64,000 nt of DNA. It comes from an uncultured Bacilli bacterium (GTDB lineage Bacteria; Bacillota_I; Bacilli_A; RF39; UBA660). Positions 38,138 to 48,167 of this stretch are shown one piece after another. The notes beneath the pieces are model-generated. The model made no database searches and was not told the origin of the DNA. It saw only the letters and a program-made list of their open reading frames with translations. The position numbers and the translations under genes were made by a program. Location: assembly GCA_910578855.1 (NCBI GenBank), contig CAJTRV010000001.1, positions 1,430 through 65,429 on the forward strand. Reading direction: 5' to 3'. Positions within the stretch are counted from its first letter, which is position 1. Each line of letters starts with the position of its first letter.

Positions 38138-38839
38138 ATGAATTACGATAAAAAATTTATTTCTGATTCTATAAAAAAAATAGGAAATAGGTATGGAGTT
38201 CATGAATCATTTAGAGATGTAGTAACTTGTTGTGCTTATTCATTTGCTAATAGTGTTGATTTTAGGGAAGATAGGGAAAAAGAATATTTGAGAATAATAA
38301 ATAAATATTCTGATGAAGAAAAAGAACTTTTTCCTAAAATACTTGTTGCATTAGTTAATGAATATGAAAAGTCAGAAGAACCTATTGATATACTAGGTGA
38401 TATTTATGAAAAATTAAATCTAACTAAGAAAGGTGCAGCTCAATTCTTTACTCCATTAGATCTCTGTAAAGTAATGGCAAAAGTTACAATTGATAAAAAA
38501 GAAAGTGAAAATACTATTAAAGATAAAGGTTATATAAATGTTTCAGATCCGGCTTGTGGAAGTGGAAGAAATTTATATGCTGCATATAGTGAATTATTAA
38601 ATAATGGTATTGATAATAATAAAATTCTTTTAGTAGGTGATGATATAGATTTAACTTGTTGTTGTATGACATATATTCAACTTTCTTTGATGGGAGCAAA
38701 TGCAATTGTTCATCATCAAGATAGTTTAACTATGAATAGATATGATACTTTTTATACTGTTTCTTATGCAACAAATAAAGAGTTGCAAGAAAAAATATCT
38801 AGTAAAGAAAAAAACATAGAGGAGGAAATAGAAGTATGA
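38138..38839 (+). CDS. N6-adenine DNA methyltransferase-like protein (HsdM/gamma-class N-terminal motifs only; no NPPY/F)
   Basis: AQFFTP (motif X) and DPACGSGRNL (motif I, SAM binding) are present. The catalytic (D/N)PP(Y/F) is absent and the ORF ends about 100 aa after motif I. Confidence 0.45.
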   Translation: MNYDKKFISDSIKKIGNRYGVHESFRDVVTCCAYSFANSVDFREDREKEYLRIINKYSDEEKELFPKILVALVNEYEKSEEPIDILGDIYEKLNLTKKGAAQFFTPLDLCKVMAKVTIDKKESENTIKDKGYINVSDPACGSGRNLYAAYSELLNNGIDNNKILLVGDDIDLTCCCMTYIQLSLMGANAIVHHQDSLTMNRYDTFYTVSYATNKELQEKISSKEKNIEEEIEV

Positions 38840-39570
38840 ATTATAGAGATTTGATTGGAGTTAGTAATCCTGAATTTCATATATTAGCTTATATTAATCA
38901 TTTTGTAGAATTACCAAAAAATGTTTATATGCGTGATGATTATAGAATTCTAAATATTTATGGGATTATTAATGATGATAAAAATGGTGATAAGGCGATT
39001 TGTTCTATTGGAAGAGAGGGCACGAAAGAGTTATATGATATTAAAACTATTGATGGTGAAGATTTTATTGTTTCTGAAAAACAAGAAGGTACAATTAAAC
39101 ATACTCCATTGAAGAACGCTATTTTATTATTAGAAATAGTTGGTAAACTTGAAGATAATAAAATATATTCTGAATACTTTAGACAAGGACATATTTATAA
39201 AAATGAACTTGTTTACTTAAAAACAAAAGATCTACCTAAAGAAGAATTAGATAAATTACCTATAAAAGATAAAATTTGTTATATTCCAGAAAGTTCCTTT
39301 GAAGGAAAAGAATATATAAATTTATCTGATGGATTAGAAGAAGGTAGTGATTACTATACAGTTCAATCTATTAGAGAAGATATTAAATCATATTTTGGTA
39401 ATGATGTTATGAATAAGCTAGAAGAAAAGAATATTAGATCAATGATTGATGATGTTTTTTATTGCGTTGATTGGCAACATCCCTCCTCATTATTAGATGC
39501 AGATCAATATCTTGATGACTACGTTGAAGAATTAGGAATCAATTTAGATGAAAGTGAGATGGAAATATAA
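38836..39570 (+). CDS. Hypothetical acidic protein (ends ...ESEMEI)
   Basis: ORF coupled by ATGA overlap. Confidence 0.35.
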   Translation: MNYRDLIGVSNPEFHILAYINHFVELPKNVYMRDDYRILNIYGIINDDKNGDKAICSIGREGTKELYDIKTIDGEDFIVSEKQEGTIKHTPLKNAILLLEIVGKLEDNKIYSEYFRQGHIYKNELVYLKTKDLPKEELDKLPIKDKICYIPESSFEGKEYINLSDGLEEGSDYYTVQSIREDIKSYFGNDVMNKLEEKNIRSMIDDVFYCVDWQHPSSLLDADQYLDDYVEELGINLDESEMEI

Positions 39571-39884
39571 TGCAAACAAATTCTAGTTTTTATGAATTTG
39601 AAGATATATATAATGAATTAAAAGATAAAAAAATAGGTGAATTAACTACTAGGGATATTGCAAAATATTTGTTAGTTGCAGAAGAACTTGATTGGGTGGA
39701 TGAAAATATAGGTGATGATAAAGTGTTTTATAATTATGATAAAAATTTATTAGAGAAATTATCTTATACATTTGCTGATTCTATTTTTCGTCTAATTAAT
39801 GAAGAATTATTATATGATTATAATTTACATACAAAACCAAAAGAATTAGAAAATATGAAAGAAGAGGATGATTATGAATTTTGA
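39570..39884 (+). CDS. Hypothetical acidic protein
   Basis: ORF, TAATG coupling. Confidence 0.3.
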   Translation: MQTNSSFYEFEDIYNELKDKKIGELTTRDIAKYLLVAEELDWVDENIGDDKVFYNYDKNLLEKLSYTFADSIFRLINEELLYDYNLHTKPKELENMKEEDDYEF

Positions 39885-40101
39885 TAAAGTAATAAATAAT
39901 ATGCAAGAACTTCAAAGTAAAATTGAAGTCTATGAAGAGAAAAATAAAAAAATAGAGGATTCGATTACATCTATCAATAAAGAAATTTTAAAATTAGAAA
40001 AGAAAAAATCTAATTTAAAAAGTGAAATAGATAAACATATTTTAGATATTAGAATTTTAATTATGAAAGATGTGGTTAATAAGTTTAATATTAAAAATTA
40101 A
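39868..40101 (+). CDS. Small coiled-coil protein
   Basis: Heptad-like K/E/L pattern. Confidence 0.3.
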   Translation: MIMNFDKVINNMQELQSKIEVYEEKNKKIEDSITSINKEILKLEKKKSNLKSEIDKHILDIRILIMKDVVNKFNIKN

Positions 40102-40128
40102 AAGGATAAAAATTAAGGGGGTATTAAT

Positions 40129-41085
40129 TTGAAACAAGAGTTTTTAGAATTTTTAAGAAGTGGAAGTATTATTAAAACATTTAATTATGGAGATAAATCT
40201 AAGGTAATTGTGAATAAAATTAGATATAATGATAAATTGGATATTATATATGCTTTAGATAGTTATAATGGTAATGTATTTGATTTACATACTCCATTTA
40301 AATATAGTGGTATATATAATAAAGAAAATGATAAATTATATGATGTAGAATATTCATTAAGGTATCATATTTTAAGTTGGGATTATAGTGATGAAAAATA
40401 TGTAAGTGCAGGTAATTTATATAATCTAATTAATAAAGATATGAATGATAGAATAACAGAATTAATTAAAGAAATAAAAACGAAAATATTTGATATTAGT
40501 GAAGTTGAAATTGGTGAAGAAATAGAAGATAGAGATGTTTTAACAGAATTTATTAATGGTGCAACATCTGAAACATTAGAAGATTCTCATAAAGAGTTTA
40601 CAACAGAAAAACCACAAGATTTACTTGATTACTTAACTGATAAAGAAACATTTATAGAGGAAGAAGCAAGATGGTTCATTCTTGAAAATACAACAAGTAT
40701 TTTAAGAAGTCTAGCTATTGCCGAAAAGAAAAAAGAAGTTTTAAAAGGTATAGAGGATAATGAAGAACATCCATATCACAAAATTAAAAAAATTATAGAT
40801 GCCATCAAAGATCACAATTGCGTTACTGTTAATTTAACAATTAATAAGAATGGTATTGAGCAAACATTTAAATATAATGCTGATGCACTTAAAAGAGATT
40901 ACAATTCATCATATCTATCAACATGGAATTTTGAAAAAGCTCAAGAAAGAAATCTTTTTGAAGAAACATTTGGTAGAAATGCAGATTTATATTATGAGGA
41001 AATTGTTAAAATAACTTATGGAAAAAATACTATATATGAGGATGAAAATTTTAAAGTAAAAGAGGAAGAAACATGTCTTTCATAG
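40129..41085 (+). CDS. Hypothetical protein
   Basis: ORF with RBS aagggggt. Confidence 0.35.
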   Translation: MKQEFLEFLRSGSIIKTFNYGDKSKVIVNKIRYNDKLDIIYALDSYNGNVFDLHTPFKYSGIYNKENDKLYDVEYSLRYHILSWDYSDEKYVSAGNLYNLINKDMNDRITELIKEIKTKIFDISEVEIGEEIEDRDVLTEFINGATSETLEDSHKEFTTEKPQDLLDYLTDKETFIEEEARWFILENTTSILRSLAIAEKKKEVLKGIEDNEEHPYHKIKKIIDAIKDHNCVTVNLTINKNGIEQTFKYNADALKRDYNSSYLSTWNFEKAQERNLFEETFGRNADLYYEEIVKITYGKNTIYEDENFKVKEEETCLS

Positions 41086-42041
41086 ACAGAACTAGTATTG
41101 ATAATTTTAAGCCAATGTTAGCTGATTATTTAATAAAAAAACATGGATTAAATATTAATAGACCATTTACTTGTTTAAATCCAAACCATGAAGATAATCA
41201 CCCAAGTATGAGTTATTCACCTAAATATAATATTTGCAAATGCTTTGCTTGTGGTACAACTTATGATATTTTTGATATGGTAGGATTAGATTATGGTGTA
41301 GAATCATTTAAAGAAAAATTGGAGATAGTTGATAAATTATATCCAAATATTTCTAATATAGTTTTTAAAAAGTTTGATGTAGTAGAATCAGAAAATACAG
41401 TAATAGATTTTACTAATTATTTTAGAAAATGTGTCAGCAAAATTAATGAAACTAACTATTTAAATGATAGAAAAATAAATCCAGATTTATTAAAAAAATA
41501 TAATGTAGGATTTGATGATAAAAGAGAAATGGTAGTCTTTCCAATTAATAAAAATTGTTATTTTGCAAGAAGTGTTACTGGAGATAGTAAAATAAAATCT
41601 AAAGGTACAAGTTATTTGTGGAATGAAAAATTATTAGATGATTCTGATGATAAATCATTAATATATGTAACAGAAAGTATTATAGATTCTTTATCATTAG
41701 AAACTATAGATCCTGATGTAAAAACTATTGCATTAAATGGATTACCTAACTATAAAAGATTATTAAAAGTTTTAGAAAGTAAAGGTTATAAAGGTACTCT
41801 AGTTTTAGCATTTGATAATGATAAATCTGGTAAAATGTATCAAGATATTGTAAAAGAGGAATTAGCAAAATTAAATGTTAATTCCTTTTCTACTTCATTA
41901 ATCTCTAGTTTAGATGTTAAAGATTTGAATGAAGCATTGATAAATAACAAAGAATCTTTAATTAAAAATTATAACTATTTTAATGATAATTTTAAGAAAA
42001 TAATTGATAAAAGAATTGAAAGTGAGGGATATGAAATATGA
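41073..42041 (+). CDS. DNA primase (CHC2 zinc finger + Toprim)
   Basis: CLNPNHEDNHPS...CKCFACG (CHC2 zinc finger). Toprim E in YVTESIID and DxD in LAFDNDKSGK. Confidence 0.7.
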   Translation: MSFIDRTSIDNFKPMLADYLIKKHGLNINRPFTCLNPNHEDNHPSMSYSPKYNICKCFACGTTYDIFDMVGLDYGVESFKEKLEIVDKLYPNISNIVFKKFDVVESENTVIDFTNYFRKCVSKINETNYLNDRKINPDLLKKYNVGFDDKREMVVFPINKNCYFARSVTGDSKIKSKGTSYLWNEKLLDDSDDKSLIYVTESIIDSLSLETIDPDVKTIALNGLPNYKRLLKVLESKGYKGTLVLAFDNDKSGKMYQDIVKEELAKLNVNSFSTSLISSLDVKDLNEALINNKESLIKNYNYFNDNFKKIIDKRIESEGYEI

Positions 42042-42253
42042 GTAATAGGAAAAAAATAAAAAAAGTAGAAGTAACAATAGAGTTTGATTTAGAAAAACAA
42101 TTTTTCAAAGTTGTTGACTATGACTATAATCATTCAGGTGGAGCTATGTCAGGAGGTTATAGAAATAAACAACATTTTCTTGATATGTTTAATGACTATT
42201 TTGAGAAATATATTTGTATAGAATTGCCAAAATATGAGGAAGAACATGAATAA
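42038..42253 (+). CDS. Hypothetical small protein
   Basis: ORF, ATGA coupling. Confidence 0.3.
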   Translation: MSNRKKIKKVEVTIEFDLEKQFFKVVDYDYNHSGGAMSGGYRNKQHFLDMFNDYFEKYICIELPKYEEEHE

Positions 42254-42713
42254 AGATATTAAAATTTCAAACGAAATTATCAAAGAAAAAATAGTAGAAA
42301 AGGATAAAGCAAAATTAAAATATAAACAAAAATTAGAGTTGGTAAAACAGCATTATGGAGTAGAATTTGATGTTTATTATTTTAAAAATGAGAATATTGA
42401 TAAGATAAAATTTACTAATTTAGAATTTAAAACATCTGCAAAAAATGTATCACTTGTTTATGATAATAAGATAGGAAAATTTAATTATATTTTTTATGAT
42501 TATGATAGTGAACAAGCTATAAGAAATTATGATGAAAAGAAAATTATAAGTGGATTAAATCGTGAAAAAAAATTAAAATTAGTTATTGCAGAAGTTAAAA
42601 GATTAAATGAAGAATATCAAAAAGAATTAGTAGAAATTGATGAAAAATTTAGTGAAAATAATCAAGAAATTGCTACTGAACTTGAATATAGAAAAAAAGA
42701 AGAAAATAACTAA
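42234..42713 (+). CDS. Hypothetical K/E-rich protein
   Basis: ORF. Confidence 0.3.
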   Translation: MRKNMNKDIKISNEIIKEKIVEKDKAKLKYKQKLELVKQHYGVEFDVYYFKNENIDKIKFTNLEFKTSAKNVSLVYDNKIGKFNYIFYDYDSEQAIRNYDEKKIISGLNREKKLKLVIAEVKRLNEEYQKELVEIDEKFSENNQEIATELEYRKKEENN

Positions 42714-42807
42714 ATAGTTGAAAAATAGTTGACTAAAAATTCTTATAAAACAAGGGTTTAAAGGACATTTTATAAAATAATCAACTATAAAAAGGTGTAA
42801 AATAGTT

Positions 42808-42878
42808 GTTTTCGCAAGTGCGAAAACGGTTGTTGGTGCAACAAAGAAGTTGAAAAATCCTTTATTTTAAAGGATTTT
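42808..42878. promoter_or_regulatory. Candidate origin of transfer (oriT): three adjacent inverted repeats upstream of the RHH-relaxase operon
   Basis: Perfect IR gttttcgca-ag-tgcgaaaac (42808..42827). IR ttgttg-gtg-caacaa (42830..42844). IR aaaatccttta-ttt-taaaggatttt (42854..42878). Lies in the non-coding gap before the RHH/relaxase genes. Confidence 0.4.
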
Positions 42879-42956
42879 GAAATTTCGTGGTGCATTCCCA
42901 TATCCTGTTGTCTTTAATATTTTAACTATTTTTGTGAAAGGGGGATTTTTATTATA

Positions 42957-43277
42957 ATGGAATTTAGTGTATTACTATATGAAAAAGAAGCTTTATTATT
43001 AAATGATTTTATGAAAAAAAATAAATGCAAAAGTAAAGCAGAAGCAGTAAGAAAATGTATTGATATTGCTGTTAATTTACAATCAAGAGAAGATTTATTA
43101 TTGGATATAAATAATAAATTAAATAGAATAATTTATAGAGAGAATATTCAAAAAAAATTATTAGAACAATTTTATGCTAATATGGAATTTCCAGTTGATC
43201 AAGATGTAAAAACAGAAGCAGGTTTAAAAAGATTTTATGAAAATAATAATTTTTATTTGAATAAAATTATGGATTAG
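42957..43277 (+). CDS. Ribbon-helix-helix relaxosome accessory protein (putative)
   Basis: KSKAEAVRKCIDIAV RHH pattern. Position upstream of the relaxase. Confidence 0.4.
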   Translation: MEFSVLLYEKEALLLNDFMKKNKCKSKAEAVRKCIDIAVNLQSREDLLLDINNKLNRIIYRENIQKKLLEQFYANMEFPVDQDVKTEAGLKRFYENNNFYLNKIMD

Positions 43278-43280
43278 TTT

Positions 43281-43508
43281 ATGAGTGAAAGAATAAAAAA
43301 TTTTAAAAGGAGAAGTATAAGTTTACCTGTTGAACTTGATGAAATAATTTCTATAAAATTTAAAAATACTAATTATAGTTTTATAAATGATTTTTTAGTT
43401 GAACTTTTAGAATTAGGTTTAATAAAATTAGATGAAGATTTAGAAATAAAAGATAGACAAATTGAAATTTTAAATAAGATAGATAAACTCATATCATTTA
43501 AAGAATAA
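43281..43508 (+). CDS. Small relaxosome accessory protein (putative)
   Basis: 75 aa. Coupled (TAATG) to the relaxase. Confidence 0.3.
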   Translation: MSERIKNFKRRSISLPVELDEIISIKFKNTNYSFINDFLVELLELGLIKLDEDLEIKDRQIEILNKIDKLISFKE

Positions 43509-44956
43509 TGGATTCTAAAGTTGTGTTTATAGATCATCCATATTATGCAGTAAATAATCCATCTAATAATTTAAGAATTTATAAAAAAAATAAAAAAGGT
43601 GAATGGTATTATATTCAATGTAAAGATATAGAACATTACAGAAAAGAATTAAAAAAATATATTTTAGGATTTTATGATTATAGTAGAGATGAATCTAAAG
43701 CTAAGTCATCAATGTTTGATTATTATATGGGCGGCAAGAAAGATGAAGATGTCATGAAAAGAAATAAAATGCGTAGAGAAGAAATGGCTATGTTAAAAGA
43801 TGGTACATTTATTAAAGATGATATGGTTGATGATATGAAAGATAATTGGTCTGAATATTTAGAAAATAGTAATGTTAATCTTGCAGTATTATCTTTATAT
43901 CAAGATTATGTAGATGAGAATATTGATATTTCAGATTTACAAAAAGAAGTTGCTACAAAAATAATGCCTAAATTTTTAAAATATTGTGGTTATCAAGATC
44001 CAGAAAAAAATTTAGAATGGATTGTATCACTTCATTGTGATAGAGAGAATAATTATCACTTTCATATAGCTTGGCTTGAAAAGAATAAATGTTTTAAATT
44101 AAAAAATAATAAGTTAGGTCATAGATATAAATTAAAGTTAGATGAGAATGAAAATAATTTTATAAAAAGACAAGTTTCATTGTCAATAGAAAGAAGTAAA
44201 TTATATAGGCCTGCCTTAATAAAAATAAATGAAGATTTAGAACATTTACAAAGTTATTTTAATCCTAAAGATAGAAATTTTACTTTAAAAAATATTTCAG
44301 ATTTATATTTAGAAGAGGATATTATTAGATTAGGATATTTATTAACACAAGTAAGAGATACTGATAAGAAATATATTAAATATGGTTCTTTACCAAGAAA
44401 TGAAAGAGGTAAAGAAATAAGAATTTTAACTAATAAAATAAAAGATAAATTATTTGATTCTAAAAATGAATTAAGATTATCTAAAAATGAAGTTGATGAA
44501 GCTATAGAAAAATTAAATGATATATTTTTAGATATAGATAAAAGAAATAATATTTCAAATGCTGGTTTTGAAAGTGCTTTTGATAATAAAATGATAAGAG
44601 ATAAATTAGAAAAATCTGATAATTATATTTTAAATGCAATAGTAAATCATGCTTTATATAATTATGATTATAATAAAGGGAATACTAATAAGAAATCCAG
44701 TAAAATATCTTTTGAAGATATTATTGGAGAAATTGCTATTATTATTTATAAAGATAAGAATAATAAAATTTATCTAAATAATAGAAAGAAATTTAGATTA
44801 AAAGTATTAGAAAATTATTTTATATATGGTGGTTATAAGAATCACGATAAAATGTCTAATGCTTTAAGAAGATTATCAAAAGATTCTGATAATGCTGCTA
44901 AACAATTTTATGAGATGTTATCAGATAATGAATATACTAATAATATATATTTTTAA
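43508..44956 (+). CDS. Conjugative relaxase, MobA/MobL (HUH) family
   Basis: HCDRENNYHFHIAW is the relaxase 3-His motif (HxDE...HxH). N-terminal domain size fits. Location after the oriT-like repeats. Confidence 0.65.
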   Translation: MDSKVVFIDHPYYAVNNPSNNLRIYKKNKKGEWYYIQCKDIEHYRKELKKYILGFYDYSRDESKAKSSMFDYYMGGKKDEDVMKRNKMRREEMAMLKDGTFIKDDMVDDMKDNWSEYLENSNVNLAVLSLYQDYVDENIDISDLQKEVATKIMPKFLKYCGYQDPEKNLEWIVSLHCDRENNYHFHIAWLEKNKCFKLKNNKLGHRYKLKLDENENNFIKRQVSLSIERSKLYRPALIKINEDLEHLQSYFNPKDRNFTLKNISDLYLEEDIIRLGYLLTQVRDTDKKYIKYGSLPRNERGKEIRILTNKIKDKLFDSKNELRLSKNEVDEAIEKLNDIFLDIDKRNNISNAGFESAFDNKMIRDKLEKSDNYILNAIVNHALYNYDYNKGNTNKKSSKISFEDIIGEIAIIIYKDKNNKIYLNNRKKFRLKVLENYFIYGGYKNHDKMSNALRRLSKDSDNAAKQFYEMLSDNEYTNNIYF

Positions 44957-45346
44957 CTATTTATCCTATAAAAAATTGAAAACGTATAATTTACGACATA
45001 TTTTGACATTTTTCCTATAATTTTTATGTTAATATAGCCATTATAATTTTATTTAAGGGGGAAAAATATAATGAAAAATGAAATTATTAATAACATTGAA
45101 AAAGAGTTGTCTATTTTATTGGACAAGCTAGGAGAAGAAAAGTATATTGAATTCATAAAAGAAAATGAGTTATTATCAATATATGATCAAATTGATAATG
45201 AATTATATAGTTCATATATTTTGAAAAAGACTTTTTAGTGAATATCTATCAAATTGTAAAATTTAAAAATGAAATTATAGTTTAATATATTTTTATATGG
45301 TAAAATATTATTGAAAGCTTAAAGCTTAGGACAGGAGGTGTAATCA

Positions 45347-45622
45347 ATGAAGAAGTCTGAAATGATTGAAACAATTGCAAAAAATGCTGATGTAACAAAA
45401 GCAGATGCTGAAAAAGTATTTAATGCTACTTTTGATTTATTCAAAGATGAATTAGCAAAAGGAGAAAAAGTTTCAGTAGCTGGATTTGGAGTTTTCAAAA
45501 TTTCTGAAAGAGCTGCAAGAGAAGGTCGTAATCCAGCAACTGGAGAACCAATGAAGATTGCTGCTAGTAAAGGTGTTAGTTTCAAAGCTGGTACTGCTTT
45601 AAAAGAAGTTGTTAATAAATAA
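45347..45622 (+). CDS. HU/IHF-family DNA-binding protein
   Basis: MKKSEMIETIAKNADVTKADAEKV...GFGVFKISERAAREGRNPATGEPMKIAASK is the classic HU sequence. Confidence 0.85.
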   Translation: MKKSEMIETIAKNADVTKADAEKVFNATFDLFKDELAKGEKVSVAGFGVFKISERAAREGRNPATGEPMKIAASKGVSFKAGTALKEVVNK

Positions 45623-45671
45623 CTTAATTTTTTATTAAAGATTATCAAAATTGATGATCTTTTTATTTTGA

Positions 45672-46382
45672 TTGAAAAGGGGGAAAATAAATTTGTTAAG
45701 TTTAGAAAAAAAATTAAAAGTATTTGAGGTTATATGTGGTGATTGGGATTATAGAAATATAGATATGACTGAACCACATTTACAAGGAATTCAGGTAATA
45801 GATAATCATCATATAGGAATTAGTTGTGAATTATTTTCACCTGATTTAGATGAATATGTATCTTGTGATGGTGGGATAGTTGAGGATAAAAAGTTAGTAA
45901 AAAAATTTAAAAAGTTAAACTTTGATAAACAGGATGAAGTGCTTAATTTTATATCTGATATAAATTCTTTAATAGATTGGGACAAGATTAATAATGACTT
46001 ATTTGATCAAGTTAATTTAGAAAAAGAAAAATTGAAACTTGAAGAAGAGTCAGATGAAGAATATGAAGAATTTGCTGATTATGAGGAAGATGACATTACT
46101 ATTGTACCAGCAAAAAAACTGGGTGATGGTTGGAATTGGTATAAATATGATGATGGTTCTGGTTATTTGCAATCTCCAGATGGTAAAGAATATATGTCTT
46201 ATGATTTACAAACAAATGAGTATCAAGTAACTAGAAATTCTCAATATGATTTATTTCCATTAAGTTATTATTATGGAGATGGAATTGATCCAAGTGAATT
46301 CAAGCCATTTGAATATATGGAAGAGGAAATGATTGAAAGAATTTTACCACGAGAAAAGGAAAAAGAAGAAATGAGTTTATAA
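45672..46382 (+). CDS. Hypothetical highly acidic protein
   Basis: ORF, E/D-rich (EEESDEEYEEFADYEEDD). Confidence 0.35.
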   Translation: MKRGKINLLSLEKKLKVFEVICGDWDYRNIDMTEPHLQGIQVIDNHHIGISCELFSPDLDEYVSCDGGIVEDKKLVKKFKKLNFDKQDEVLNFISDINSLIDWDKINNDLFDQVNLEKEKLKLEEESDEEYEEFADYEEDDITIVPAKKLGDGWNWYKYDDGSGYLQSPDGKEYMSYDLQTNEYQVTRNSQYDLFPLSYYYGDGIDPSEFKPFEYMEEEMIERILPREKEKEEMSL

Positions 46383-46391
46383 GGGGGTAGT

Positions 46392-47183
46392 ATGAGTATA
46401 TTTCAAGATTTTGAAGAAATTAGAGAGAAAATTGGTCATGAAAAATATGATATGATAGAAAATTATTTAGAAACAAATTGTTCACAAGGTAATATTGATA
46501 AATATTTTAAAGAAATGAATAAAATATGGAAATTACCACCTGATAAGTGGAATGAGACAGCAAATGAATTAAAAGAAAAATATGGAGTAATTTTATTAGA
46601 TGATGTTTTACATAAGCAAGATGAATGGGTAAAGTATGAAGAATGGTACAATAAAAATTATTTACATAGAGATATTAAAATATTAGGTACTTGGAATACT
46701 GATTATGATGATATACGTTGCAATGCTATTTTATATCAGGATGGAAAAGAGGTTGCTAATATAATTGCTAGCTATGATGAATCTGATATTAGATATTCAA
46801 TTGGAAATAAAGATTCTGAATTAAGTGAAGATTTTGTTAATAGGGCTTTTAAAAATCTAATATCTTATGCTTTTGATTCTTATTTAGAATTACCAAAAAT
46901 ATCGGAGTGTTCAAAACTATTACAAAGCATTTATGATGATGTATGTTCTTCTGATGCTGCTATGTGTCATATATCAGATGAAGATTGGGATAATTATTAT
47001 ATTGATGATTATTCTGATAATGATGTAAAAACATTGGAAGAAGAGATAAAAAAATATGGTTTAGAAGAAGTAATTGGTATAGGTGATGATGGTTATAAAA
47101 TTGTTGGATATGGTGATTTAGAAACTAGATTTAATGATGATAGAAATTTAGAAAAAAATAAAGAAAGTGAGATGGAATTATAA
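46392..47183 (+). CDS. Hypothetical acidic protein (ends ...ESEMEL)
   Basis: ORF with RBS. Confidence 0.35.
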   Translation: MSIFQDFEEIREKIGHEKYDMIENYLETNCSQGNIDKYFKEMNKIWKLPPDKWNETANELKEKYGVILLDDVLHKQDEWVKYEEWYNKNYLHRDIKILGTWNTDYDDIRCNAILYQDGKEVANIIASYDESDIRYSIGNKDSELSEDFVNRAFKNLISYAFDSYLELPKISECSKLLQSIYDDVCSSDAAMCHISDEDWDNYYIDDYSDNDVKTLEEEIKKYGLEEVIGIGDDGYKIVGYGDLETRFNDDRNLEKNKESEMEL

Positions 47184-47306
47184 TGAGTAATAAAATCTTA
47201 CTTGAAATTTCAAATTTTTGTGAAACATGTTCTTCTCATGAAAATTGTCCTGAAGAAGAATGTGTTTTATATCGAATTGAAAAAATAATATTAAAGGGGG
47301 AGAAAG

Positions 47307-48167
47307 ATGAAAAATAAATTATGTTATTTGGTTGATATAATTGAAAATAATGAAGAGTGTGTTATTTTAAAGGTAAAAGATAATAAGACATTAGATTTAA
47401 TTAAACTTGGTTGTTTTGATGGTAATGAAGAATTAATAAGATTAACAAAAGGGAAAGATCATACATGTACTATATTTAGAACCAATGATAAACCATTTTC
47501 TTGGGATTGGGGAAGAAGTGGATATACTTTAGTTTCAGATAACGTTTCTACTATGGGAAAATTAATAGAAGCATGTATAACAGAAGATTTTGATATTTAT
47601 ATAGGAGAGGACAAAAATAAAATAAGAGAAACAATGAGTATTATGTCCTTAGATGATTCAAGTAATAGTAGTCATTTTATTGAAATGATGTATTGGAAAA
47701 ATGGAAACGATGTTTCAGTTCATAAAGATAATTCATTCTATAAATTTTTTAAAAATACCACTGAGGCAAAAAAACATTTTGAAGATTTAAATTATGACAT
47801 TAATTTTAAAAATAAATACATTGCAGGTACAGGTTGTATTGTTGAAGAATATGATATATCTAAAAACAAAGAATTAAAAGATTGGAAAGAAGAGCCATAT
47901 TTTGATATGTTAGTTGATGATATTAAATCAATGGAAGATGATCAATCATATACTGTTGCTAGAGTGATAAATGGTATAAATTGTGTTGAGTTACATTATG
48001 TTGATGGGGAAGCAACTCTTGAATATGGAAATAGAGTTAGTGAAAATGAATGGAAATCAGATATAGAAGAGATTGATTGGTTTAATAAAGACTTATCGGA
48101 AGAGGAGATAGCAGATAAATTATGGGATTTATTTAATTATTATTATGGAGAAGAGTATGAAATATAA
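47307..48167 (+). CDS. Hypothetical acidic protein (ends ...EEYEI)
   Basis: ORF with RBS aaagggggagaaag. Confidence 0.35.
   Translation: MKNKLCYLVDIIENNEECVILKVKDNKTLDLIKLGCFDGNEELIRLTKGKDHTCTIFRTNDKPFSWDWGRSGYTLVSDNVSTMGKLIEACITEDFDIYIGEDKNKIRETMSIMSLDDSSNSSHFIEMMYWKNGNDVSVHKDNSFYKFFKNTTEAKKHFEDLNYDINFKNKYIAGTGCIVEEYDISKNKELKDWKEEPYFDMLVDDIKSMEDDQSYTVARVINGINCVELHYVDGEATLEYGNRVSENEWKSDIEEIDWFNKDLSEEEIADKLWDLFNYYYGEEYEI

Noticed and set aside
46039-46230. 63-aa ORF nested in 45672..46382, and other small nested or antisense ORFs (12163..12462, 17274..17498, 23747..23959, 27194..27388, 29187..29375, 31314..31628, 38517..38705, 51815..52021, 52185..52469, 55164..55346, 56804..57133, 57734..57931, 58808..59035, 59112..59303, 61449..61751)
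   Set aside because: All lie inside or antisense to stronger, motif-supported genes in very AT-rich DNA where spurious ORFs are frequent. None has an RBS or a recognisable motif.
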